Shown here: in pieces, positions 1-7,569 of the stretch
Layout: every line of letters starts with the position of its first letter
How positions within the stretch are numbered: the stretch's first letter is position 1
Source of the DNA: a virus
DNA: 64,000 nt
IMG/VR virus record: IMGVR_UViG_3300033552_000001
Location: 1 to 64,000 of that record
Strand: one strand, 5' to 3'
Program-made: the position numbers and the translations under genes
Notes under the pieces: generated by a model
Told to the model about the DNA's origin: nothing
Seen by the model: only the letters and a program-made list of their open reading frames with translations
Databases searched by the model: none

Positions 1-324
1 CCACTATCCTAATATTAGGAAAATTCTCATTTTTATAAGCCAGAATATTCTAGAAAAAAAAATGTTTATTATTATTGCTGCCTACACACATTTGCAACTG
101 TGTGATAATAATGTCATCTTTTAATTAATTATATAATATTATTAGGACTTTTATTGTATTTCAAAATCATATACAACTCATGTGTTTTATTCCTAACTCT
201 CTATACCAGCTTTGATTTCTTTACCAGCTATTATAATATTATTAATCAGTCAGATGCAAATATAAAATAGAGATGCTATAAAATAACATCTCTAATTACA
301 CAACATTCACTTTTAAACAAATTC

Positions 325-735
325 TTAACTAAATTCACAATCTAAAAATTCTAATCCATCAACAATTGAAAAATAAGAATCATCATTTCTTTTATGTGAT
401 TTTGTGAAAGGTCTTCCTAAAACAACATTGTTCCAGAAGACTTCAAATGCAATTAACTCACCATATTCATCTTCTATGTAATTAAGCTCTAAGAACTCAA
501 TTAAAGATGCTTTATCATGATAATATAACTTGTCATTAAGATTAAATAAAAATACCCAACCATAAGATGATTTTCCAATATGAATTTTTTCACATTCTTC
601 AATTTTATTATCAAAATATTCATTGATGATAGGACATAATTCATCAACATTAACTGTTCTATCTAACATCAAAATTCTTTTTTCTTCCAATGCTTTTATT
701 TTTTTTATTGGAAGGCAACTATAATTTGTTCCCAA
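325..735 (-). CDS. Hypothetical early phage protein
   Basis: 136-aa ORF with TTG start and a HIGKSSYGWVFLF motif of a kind seen in uncharacterised phage proteins. Confidence 0.7.
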   Translation of the reverse strand: MGTNYSCLPIKKIKALEEKRILMLDRTVNVDELCPIINEYFDNKIEECEKIHIGKSSYGWVFLFNLNDKLYYHDKASLIEFLELNYIEDEYGELIAFEVFWNNVVLGRPFTKSHKRNDDSYFSIVDGLEFLDCEFS

Positions 736-891
736 TGTTTTATTTTTTTAAACTGTGAAACAATTCCTTATGAAATTGTTATTTGTTTTTTCCTGTTATA
801 AAATCAAATATGTAATAAACTACTACAAATCCTATAATAAATAATATTGTATTCATTTTTTTCTTGTTTAAATTAAAATAAATTGTTTTTG

Positions 892-1080
892 TTATTGATT
901 TGGATTTAAAATGTCCCAATAATTTTCATCATCATCCATTAATTTTTTTTTACTCTTAAAATCAATATTCCTTCTTGTTTTCTGTAAAATATTAAGAAGT
1001 TGTACATTAGTTAATGGGATTTCACCATTAATTTCAACAGACCTCTCTAAGAGTCTAATCAATTCTAATAATTCTTCCAT
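892..1080 (-). CDS. Hypothetical protein
   Basis: 62 aa, tightly packed in the minus-strand cluster, A-rich start context. Confidence 0.6.
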   Translation of the reverse strand: MEELLELIRLLERSVEINGEIPLTNVQLLNILQKTRRNIDFKSKKKLMDDDENYWDILNPNQ

Positions 1081-1081
1081 G

Positions 1082-1279
1082 TTATTTATTTGGATAAAAA
1101 TTTACTTTTGGTAATATAATCCATTCAGCATATTTATTTTCTTTATAAGCATAATCTAATGCCTGTTCTTGACTACTAAATGTTTTGTTTGTAATATAAA
1201 GTCCATCATAAGGTAATGATTGATCAACCATTACTGCTATGTAGGTTGTTTCAATAGTATAATCTTTTATAAGATCCAT
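1082..1279 (-). CDS. Hypothetical protein
   Basis: 65 aa, preceded by TTTAAACAATAACAAC-ATG. Confidence 0.6.
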   Translation of the reverse strand: MDLIKDYTIETTYIAVMVDQSLPYDGLYITNKTFSSQEQALDYAYKENKYAEWIILPKVNFYPNK

Positions 1280-1301
1280 GTTGTTATTGTTTAAAATTGT
1301 T

Positions 1302-1514
1302 TTATTTTACTTTAAAATCAAAACACCTTTTGATGCAATATAAACTTCTTACATCATAGAATTCATTACTAAATGAATCCATAATTACTTGATCATCCAA
1401 TTCAGGATCAACAGCAATTTGTCTTGCTAAATCTAATAGTTTAATAGTAATAGAATTAGAATCACTGTTAGATGCTGATAATTCTAACATTTGTATAAGT
1501 AATTGAGTGTTCAT
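1302..1514 (-). CDS. Hypothetical protein (start revised from 1607 to 1514, MNTQLLIQ)
   Basis: In-frame ATG at 1514 is preceded by TTTAAACAATAATAAC. The upstream extension overlaps another ORF. Confidence 0.6.
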   Translation of the reverse strand: MNTQLLIQMLELSASNSDSNSITIKLLDLARQIAVDPELDDQVIMDSFSNEFYDVRSLYCIKRCFDFKVK

Positions 1515-1536
1515 GTTATTATTGTTTAAAATGAAA

Positions 1537-1665
1537 TTAAATAAGAGAAATTGCCAAACTAATGGCATTGTTAACTGTTTGACCTTTCCTAATATAATAG
1601 TTAGCAAGATCTAATTCAGCAATACTCATTGGAATATTACTGCCAGATATATAATATTTTTTCAT
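1537..1665 (-). CDS. Small hypothetical protein (42 aa, not in ORF track)
   Basis: MKKYYISGSNIPMSIAELDLANYY..., preceded by TTTAAACAATATTAAC-ATG; fills the gap between neighbours. Confidence 0.45.
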   Translation of the reverse strand: MKKYYISGSNIPMSIAELDLANYYIRKGQTVNNAISLAISLI

Positions 1666-1681
1666 GTTAATATTGTTTAAA

Positions 1682-1924
1682 TTATCCTGCTCTAAATGAT
1701 GCACATATTACACCATGTTCTTGATTTTCATTTGCTGTACCAATTTCTTCACAAATAATTTTGTTTTTACTAAATGCCCAAGAAGTACAATAATCATCTT
1801 CTATAAAAACACTACCATTTGGTTTAATACACTTAGCATCATCTTCATTTTCTGCACAAACAACACATGAATCATATTCATCATAGCCTGTTTGATAATT
1901 TACTGTTAATAAATAAAGTTTCAT
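1682..1924 (-). CDS. Hypothetical phage protein
   Basis: 80 aa with a YDEYDSCVVCAENEDDAK motif of a kind common in small phage proteins. Confidence 0.7.
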   Translation of the reverse strand: MKLYLLTVNYQTGYDEYDSCVVCAENEDDAKCIKPNGSVFIEDDYCTSWAFSKNKIICEEIGTANENQEHGVICASFRAG

Positions 1925-1944
1925 TGTTTTTTTATTTAAATTGT

Positions 1945-2139
1945 TTAATACTGATTATGCCAACATTCATCTGAATTAAATTCATTAGCCATATCACCAT
2001 TTAGTGAAAAAGTCTGTTTGGGTAAAGACTTTTCACTATTTCTAACAATCATTTTTAATGTGTTGATTAAATGTGAAGTTGACATTTCATCAATATTTAT
2101 TTTCTGACCACTTTTCATAGTCCAATATATTGTTTCCAT
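1945..2139 (-). CDS. Hypothetical phage protein
   Basis: 64 aa with a WTMKSGQKINIDEMSTSHLINT motif of a kind common in small phage proteins. Confidence 0.7.
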   Translation of the reverse strand: METIYWTMKSGQKINIDEMSTSHLINTLKMIVRNSEKSLPKQTFSLNGDMANEFNSDECWHNQY

Positions 2140-2140
2140 T

Positions 2141-2332
2141 TTATTTTTTATTTAAATTATTTAAATTTTTAAAATGACTATTTAATCTTTTTTTCCAATC
2201 ATTGTTTCTAACTCTTTTTTTATATAAAACAGAATTGTCTTCAAATGAATTTGTAATTGTAAAAGTTTTACCCAAACTATTAAATACATCTGTATAAACT
2301 CCATATTCTTTTTCTGATAATGTATGTTCCAT
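2141..2332 (-). CDS. Hypothetical protein (start revised to 2332, MEHTL)
   Basis: In-frame ATG preceded by TTAAACAACAATAAA; this start removes the overlap with 2344..2595. Confidence 0.55.
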   Translation of the reverse strand: MEHTLSEKEYGVYTDVFNSLGKTFTITNSFEDNSVLYKKRVRNNDWKKRLNSHFKNLNNLNKK

Positions 2333-2343
2333 TTTATTGTTGT

Positions 2344-2595
2344 TTAATATTTGAAAATTTTCCATTGATATTTTGTTTTTCCTTTTGGAATTTTATAATT
2401 TAATTCATAAGAATAAGAAAGAAAATCAAAATATATCATGTGTTTCTTTGTAAAATATTCTTTTTTATCTTCACAAGTAGAAAAAAATCTCATCCAGAAT
2501 GTAGGAAGAAATTTATACTTTTCACAAAGTTTATAAGTAAACTTTTGAAATTTACTATCTCCATTATATCCAAATGAAATTTCTATATTTTTCAT
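2344..2595 (-). CDS. Hypothetical protein
   Basis: 83 aa, preceded by TTTAAACAACAATAAC-ATG. Confidence 0.55.
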   Translation of the reverse strand: MKNIEISFGYNGDSKFQKFTYKLCEKYKFLPTFWMRFFSTCEDKKEYFTKKHMIYFDFLSYSYELNYKIPKGKTKYQWKIFKY

Positions 2596-2596
2596 G

Positions 2597-2755
2597 TTAT
2601 TGTTGTTTAAAATATGATTTAATTGTTACTGCTACCACATATAGAGTAATACAAAAGACAAATAGAATAAATAATATCATTAAATAATATTCTTGATAAT
2701 ACTCTATCAAGAATATATTTAATGCAAATGCTAAAATAAGTATGAGATATTTCAT
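2597..2755 (-). CDS. Small membrane protein (start revised to 2755, MKYLILIL)
   Basis: Two hydrophobic segments; the ATG directly follows the stop of 2757..3053. Confidence 0.55.
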   Translation of the reverse strand: MKYLILILAFALNIFLIEYYQEYYLMILFILFVFCITLYVVAVTIKSYFKQQ

Positions 2756-2756
2756 A

Positions 2757-3053
2757 TTATTGTTGGTTATATTCTGGAACTTCTTGCTCATAATCATCTT
2801 GATTTAAATCAGGATAAAGATTGTCATCAATACTAATTTCATTAATCTCAACATCAGAATCAATTTCAGTGATAATTAATTCTTGCAAACCATTTCCACA
2901 TTGAGCATGAAATTCTATTGGAATATATTCAGCCAATATTTTATTTGGAACTTCTTTTGATGTATAAACACCAATTGTTACTAATCCAGAATATTCCAAA
3001 TCACCAAAATTACCTTGATGAAAGGTTTTTTGTTGTAATAAATAAAGTTTCAT
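2757..3053 (-). CDS. Hypothetical protein with acidic C-terminus
   Basis: 98-aa ORF in the operon-like cluster. Confidence 0.65.
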   Translation of the reverse strand: MKLYLLQQKTFHQGNFGDLEYSGLVTIGVYTSKEVPNKILAEYIPIEFHAQCGNGLQELIITEIDSDVEINEISIDDNLYPDLNQDDYEQEVPEYNQQ

Positions 3054-3058
3054 AATTT

Positions 3059-3184
3059 CTATTGATTTAAAATGTTAAACATTAGTTGAGATATTTCAAC
3101 ATAACTTGATTTATTAAATCTGTAAATTTTTATTTCCAAAGAAGTTGCTGCAACTTCTGATAGATAAAAATAATAATATTTCAT
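3059..3184 (-). CDS. Small hypothetical protein (start revised to 3184)
   Basis: The ATG overlaps the TAA of the upstream ORF (TAATG coupling). Confidence 0.4.
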   Translation of the reverse strand: MKYYYFYLSEVAATSLEIKIYRFNKSSYVEISQLMFNILNQ

Positions 3185-3339
3185 TAATTTAAACCAATAC
3201 AAAATAGCATGCACATATTGTAATTCAACTGTGCCAAGCAACCTTCAATCATCATACCATCTGCATTTTTAAATACAGTGGTTGATATATTAGAAACTCT
3301 CATTTTAGGAGTTTCATACAATTGTGTTTTAATTATCAT
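3184..3339 (-). CDS. Small hypothetical protein (51 aa, not in ORF track)
   Basis: MIIKTQLYETPKMRVSN..., preceded by TTTAAACAACAAGAAA-ATG. Confidence 0.45.
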   Translation of the reverse strand: MIIKTQLYETPKMRVSNISTTVFKNADGMMIEGCLAQLNYNMCMLFCIGLN

Positions 3340-3350
3340 TTTCTTGTTGT

Positions 3351-3563
3351 TTAAATATTTAAATATTTATTTGATAATTCTCTTGCCACCCCTAAACCAC
3401 AATTAAATGTGTTATTAAAAGCAATTGCTAAGGGAATTTCCCTTAATTCTAATTTAGATTCTCTATAATTTTCAAAAAAGGAATCATAAGACATACCATT
3501 AAATTTATTTTTTAATTGACAATGTATGTCTATTTGTTGTCTGAATGTTAATTCAATGCTCAT
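3351..3563 (-). CDS. Hypothetical protein
   Basis: 70 aa, preceded by TTTAAACAGCAATATC-ATG. Confidence 0.6.
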   Translation of the reverse strand: MSIELTFRQQIDIHCQLKNKFNGMSYDSFFENYRESKLELREIPLAIAFNNTFNCGLGVARELSNKYLNI

Positions 3564-3582
3564 GATATTGCTGTTTAAACTG

Positions 3583-3744
3583 TTATTGTTTAGTTACTTT
3601 CATTGTAAATAAAATACCAAATATAACTAGCAATGATACTGCTATATTTTGAAATGATAATACTTGTATTGTAATTGATAATATTTGTTTAATTGCACAA
3701 ATAGCAATAATCACAACAAATATTATTATGAATGGATTTTTCAT
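3583..3744 (-). CDS. Small two-helix membrane protein (53 aa, not in ORF track)
   Basis: MKNPFIIIFVVIIAICAIKQILSITIQVLSFQNIAVSLLVIFGILFTMKVTKQ translated by hand. Confidence 0.5.
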   Translation of the reverse strand: MKNPFIIIFVVIIAICAIKQILSITIQVLSFQNIAVSLLVIFGILFTMKVTKQ

Positions 3745-3881
3745 TTTATTAAAAGTTTGAAGGTTTTTAAAAAGATTTTTTTCTTATATATATATCATTC
3801 TTTTTATTATTATATATATGTAAAAATAAAGTACATAATATATTGATTATCAGATAGTTATAAAAGGTGTTTGTTAGAAGT

Positions 3882-3980
3882 CAGCATGAATTTGTACGAA
3901 ATTAATACAAATTCATGTCAAATTGTTACAAATTCATGCTTGATTCTCACAAATTCATGCTGAAATGTTACAAAATTGTC
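3882..3980. repeat. Iteron-like repeat array
   Basis: ACAAATTCATG starts at 3907, 3928 and 3949 (exact 21-bp period), with a degenerate copy at 3970 and an inverted copy CATGAATTTGT at 3885-3895. Confidence 0.85.
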
Positions 3981-4021
3981 GGAATAAAAACAAGAAATGT
4001 TAGATATTCTTCATTTTACAG

Positions 4022-4052
4022 TTGTATGCTTGATAAATTATAACTAAATTTG
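4022..4052 (+). promoter_or_regulatory. Bacteroidota housekeeping-sigma promoter candidate
   Basis: TTG (4022-4024), 20-nt spacer, TAAATTTG (4045-4052), matching the -33/-7 consensus. Confidence 0.6.
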
Positions 4053-4074
4053 TTAAAGTTTAAACAACAATGTA

Positions 4075-4575
4075 ATGAAAGAAACAATAAAAACAATAGA
4101 ATCTTTATTAAATATAGAACCAACCCAAGAGCCAGAGTTTATTAAATTATATTTAAAAGATGTTGGTAAGTTATGGGAGTTAGATAATTCTGGTCAAATT
4201 ATATTTGGAGAAATGTTAAAATTAGTTACTTATAACCCAAGTGATAGTATTCACAATTTAGTAATTCTAAGTGCTGCAAGAAAACAAAGGATATGTGAAA
4301 AGTTATCAAATAAACAAAGTACGGCTTATGTTTATTATAAAAGAGGTTTGACAAATTTAATTGATAAAAAAGTAATTTATTCATTAGAAAAAGATACTTA
4401 TTTAATCAATCCTGATATTTGTGCTAAAACTAATTGGACTAATGTAGAAATGTTAAAATCTATTAAATTAGAAATAACTTATGAAGCATCTAGTAGAACT
4501 TTAATTACAATAGTAGAAGATAATCCATATTTGTATAAAGAAAAATTAGAAACTTTTAGAAGTAATGAGTCTTAA
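4075..4575 (+). CDS. RepL-like replication initiator / winged-helix DNA-binding protein
   Basis: GLTNLIDKKVIYSLEKDTYLINPD resembles the RepL wHTH wing (Y-x-I-N-P); adjacent to iterons; RepL-like genes are known in crAss-like phages. Confidence 0.6.
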   Translation: MKETIKTIESLLNIEPTQEPEFIKLYLKDVGKLWELDNSGQIIFGEMLKLVTYNPSDSIHNLVILSAARKQRICEKLSNKQSTAYVYYKRGLTNLIDKKVIYSLEKDTYLINPDICAKTNWTNVEMLKSIKLEITYEASSRTLITIVEDNPYLYKEKLETFRSNES

Positions 4576-4595
4576 ATACATAACAAAATAATATA

Positions 4596-4808
4596 ATGAT
4601 AGAAGAATCTAAAAAACTAAAAGATAGAAGTAAATATACTTACCATTATATTGAAGATTTACATGGAATGAATAAAATAACAGATTGGGAAGCAACCTTT
4701 TTAGTTAATCTTATTAAGTTTAAAAAACTATCTCTAAAACAAAAAGAATGGTTTAATAAGATTGATAAAAAGGTTAAATCAGGAAAAAGTTATTATAAGT
4801 ATAATTAA
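4596..4808 (+). CDS. Hypothetical protein
   Basis: 70 aa with a TDWEATF...LSLKQKEW motif of small phage proteins. Confidence 0.6.
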   Translation: MIEESKKLKDRSKYTYHYIEDLHGMNKITDWEATFLVNLIKFKKLSLKQKEWFNKIDKKVKSGKSYYKYN

Positions 4809-4984
4809 AAATAGCTATAATCTATATGACAAGGTGTAAAAAATAGATAAAAATTATAAGATATAAAGGGTAGTTGATGGTATTGTTACATCAAAAAACA
4901 CCAATTTTTATTTTTTAACTCCTTAAAAATCAAGTAGTTATAAAAGATAATTAAAAATCATCCATTATAACTACCTAAATTTAC

Positions 4985-5161
4985 CTAAACTCTTTCATAA
5001 GGTTCTTCTTCACTATAAAGTGAACAAAAATTAGAACACTTCTCTTGTGTTCCACTAAATAATACAACTTTTTCTGCTAAGTATTCTGAATAACTACTAT
5101 CCATATAGGATAGGTGATTTGTAGATTGAAAGTCTACAAATACTGAAAATTGATTTTCCAT
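4985..5161 (-). CDS. Small hypothetical protein (58 aa, not in ORF track)
   Basis: MENQFSVFVDFQSTNHLSY..., preceded by TTTAAACAACAATATA-ATG. Confidence 0.5.
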   Translation of the reverse strand: MENQFSVFVDFQSTNHLSYMDSSYSEYLAEKVVLFSGTQEKCSNFCSLYSEEEPYERV

Positions 5162-5187
5162 TATATTGTTGTTTAAAATGTTTAATT

Positions 5188-5231
5188 AAAAAAAAAGAAG
5201 ATAAGAATGTAGAATCAATCCACATTCTTAT
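5188..5231 (-). terminator. Probable intrinsic terminator (minus strand)
   Basis: 10-bp stem ATAAGAATGT/ACATTCTTAT followed on the minus strand by CTTC and a 9-T tract. Confidence 0.55.
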
Positions 5232-5876
5232 TTAATAATTTTGGCATGTCTGCAATATTACTCCAACATGCTTATGTTATAAATAGTGTTAGTTTCTTTT
5301 CATGCAGATTCTATGACTTATGAGGTCATCGAGTTGTTGAAACATCTATTATAACAGTTGATTTCTATCAACAATATTCTATCAATTCAGGACAGGCAAA
5401 TAGCTAATTTCTATTAGCAATAACAGGTTTTTTCAACAAACCTATAAATAACTTCCGTTCATTTGATTAAATCAAATAAGTTAAGAAGGTTTAAGCCTTT
5501 TAATGTGATGCTTATCACAATACCATTTGACTATTTAAAGTCATAAAGTGTAGCATCTCCAACAGAAATGCAAACACAACCATTAATTGAAACCATTGTT
5601 AGTATGATTTAAATTATAAAAGCAATTCAAAGTCTGCTTTATGACTCTTAATATAATAATGTAATGCATGAAAACCTACCCCAAATGTTTTAACCTTTAT
5701 TAGAATGAAATCTTTTATTATCTTGTCTGACCAAGTATAATCCGATTTATAGCCCTCTAATATATAAAACAAACAGTTTTTTCTATGCATTACAATGATT
5801 CTAAGAGTTGTTATGAACAACATGAATGGTACATACCAATCTTAGAATTAGGGAAGATTTCTCCTCCCTAAACTCT
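5232..5876 (-). ncRNA. Candidate long structured non-coding RNA (hairpin array)
   Basis: More than a dozen closely spaced inverted repeats with 5-9 bp stems and no convincing ORF; structures identified by eye only. Confidence 0.35.
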
Positions 5877-6329
5877 TTAAGCTCCTACCATTTCAGGTGC
5901 TGTGTTCTCAACAACAATGTCTTTTTGAACAGTTTTGTCAGCAATGAAAACATAGGTAGGAATGCCAGTTTTCAATTCAACAGTAGTACTTCTGTACACC
6001 TGTTGTCCAGTTGCATCCAACCAAATTTCATTAGGCTTAGTTGGATTAACCTTAGCCTTCTGACCTACATACTGTGGTGAATGACTCTCTGTCACAACCA
6101 AAGTATGAGGTAATGGAAACTCCATTCCGTCCTTCAATTTAAGAGCTTTAATCATACCTTCCAAGATTGGTGTTTTGGCTTTCAATAAGCCAGAAACTTT
6201 TACCAATGCAACAATGCCTGCATTAGAAACATAGGTTTCATCAGACAAAGAAATTGAAGACCAATCTGAATTACTAACTGATTGAGTGATGATTGAATTG
6301 TTTGTTGGGTTTAATGTTACAATAGCCAT
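5877..6329 (-). CDS. Early protein of unknown function (possible ssDNA/RNA-binding protein)
   Basis: 150 aa, GC-richer than neighbours, beta-rich. The KVNPTKPNEIWLDATGQQVYRST motif recalls a family in Bacteroidota phages; the function is inference only. Confidence 0.8.
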   Translation of the reverse strand: MAIVTLNPTNNSIITQSVSNSDWSSISLSDETYVSNAGIVALVKVSGLLKAKTPILEGMIKALKLKDGMEFPLPHTLVVTESHSPQYVGQKAKVNPTKPNEIWLDATGQQVYRSTTVELKTGIPTYVFIADKTVQKDIVVENTAPEMVGA

Positions 6330-6502
6330 GATATTAACATGTTGGTTGACCTATCACCAAAAGGTTTGTAAGCTTTTAGAGCGTTATTGCTCAATCTGAC
6401 TATCATACTCTCCAATGAAGGGGGTAAAGGGATAGTCAAAGTAAAGGTGGTCTTGAAGCTACCAGATGTCCCCTTACATAGACATAATTTAATACCCCCC
6501 TG
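6330..6502 (-). promoter_or_regulatory. Structured GC-rich 5' leader of the 150-aa gene
   Basis: Nested inverted repeats GACTATC/GATAGTC, GAGC/GCTC, TGGT/ACCA, GTAAGGG/CCTTTAC and GGGGGTA/TACCCCC. Confidence 0.4.
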
Positions 6503-6763
6503 TTAATAATTTAGTATTTATATTTTTATCAACTATTATCTAAAATATACAACATTTAATACAACACCCAGGGCATCATTATACAATAACAACTACTAGG
6601 GCATTGTTTACTTCTTAGACATTATAAGCTGTAATACATACAAACAATTTAACATCAAATTATCTGTTGTTAAAACAAATACAAATAAAATAGAAAATAT
6701 ATGTAACAATATTTTGTGACATAATAAATTCTTATTAGTTTTGTCATATAAATAAACAAAATC

Positions 6764-7141
6764 ATGGAAGTAATTAACAAAGAACAAGAGTTAAAAGAAT
6801 TAATTAAAAGTTGCCCAATTAATGAATTAGAACAATTAGCTATAATGATGCAGGTAAAAGAAACTATGCAATATAATGTAATGCAGTTGTTTAATTCACA
6901 ATCAAAGGAAATATTAGAAAAGCAGTTAAGCCATTGGGGTAATTTATTAATTGATAAAAACAAAAAGCATAAAAAAGATAATTCTTTAATGCTATTAACA
7001 GAAGAAAATCAAAACATATTATTTTTTAACAGTGATTTTACTAATAAAGAATTAGTCTACATGTTTTATAAAGATAAATTAGGAATTGATTATTATAAAA
7101 CTTGCATTGATTTAATGAAGAAAACAATTAAAAACAAATGA
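6764..7141 (+). CDS. Hypothetical protein
   Basis: 125 aa, first gene of the plus-strand late region. Confidence 0.7.
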   Translation: MEVINKEQELKELIKSCPINELEQLAIMMQVKETMQYNVMQLFNSQSKEILEKQLSHWGNLLIDKNKKHKKDNSLMLLTEENQNILFFNSDFTNKELVYMFYKDKLGIDYYKTCIDLMKKTIKNK

Positions 7142-7142
7142 T

Positions 7143-7352
7143 ATGAATAATAAAAAATTAATAATAATGGGAGGAATATTACAAATAATAGGAATTGTTA
7201 TGCTTGTTAGTGTTTTATTTTCTTTTGTAAGTAACAATAACATAGAAAGTAAAGCAGTTGAATACATAAAACATTTAAATGATAATAAAATTAGAGGGGG
7301 TTGTTTTTATATTAAGAATGATAGTGTTACAACATTTAAAAATTATAGATGA
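7143..7352 (+). CDS. Small membrane-anchored protein
   Basis: N-terminal hydrophobic helix LIIMGGILQIIGIVMLVSVLFSFV. Confidence 0.6.
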   Translation: MNNKKLIIMGGILQIIGIVMLVSVLFSFVSNNNIESKAVEYIKHLNDNKIRGGCFYIKNDSVTTFKNYR

Positions 7353-7552
7353 TGGAAAATGAATTAGAATACATAAGAAATAATAGGGTATTTGATACAG
7401 AAAATATAAAAGATATAGCTCTTCTTAATTATTTTCTAAATGAAGAACAAAAAGAAAAACTTAATCTTTGTATTCAAGAAAAGTATAATAAAAAAGTTGA
7501 TGATATATTGATCAATGGGAGTAAAACAATGTTTGGTAAAATATTATTATAA
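7349..7552 (+). CDS. Hypothetical protein
   Basis: 67 aa, ATGA overlap with the upstream gene. Confidence 0.6.
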   Translation: MMENELEYIRNNRVFDTENIKDIALLNYFLNEEQKEKLNLCIQEKYNKKVDDILINGSKTMFGKILL

Positions 7553-7569
7553 ACACTAAAAATAAAGTT

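Noticed and set aside
7-20. Perfect 14-bp palindrome TCCTAATATTAGGA
   Set aside because: A single AT-rich instance at the window edge with no context to support a function.
3882-3980. CRISPR mini-array
   Set aside because: Repeats are 11 bp with 10-bp spacers, far too short; the pattern fits protein-binding iterons.
4934-4974. Inverted repeat GTAGTTATAA/TTATAACTAC as a novel element
   Set aside because: It sits where plus and minus genes converge and is most simply a terminator-like hairpin; the long loop and missing T-tract keep it below feature confidence.
5614-5823. 69-aa minus-strand ORF inside the hairpin array
   Set aside because: No leader motif, unremarkable composition, and it overlaps many inverted repeats; likely spurious, though not excluded.
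5798-5848. Hammerhead ribozyme at the three-way junction
   Set aside because: No CUGANGA or GAAA core on either strand.
5826-6080. Plus-strand 84-aa ORF
   Set aside because: Antisense shadow of the 150-aa gene.
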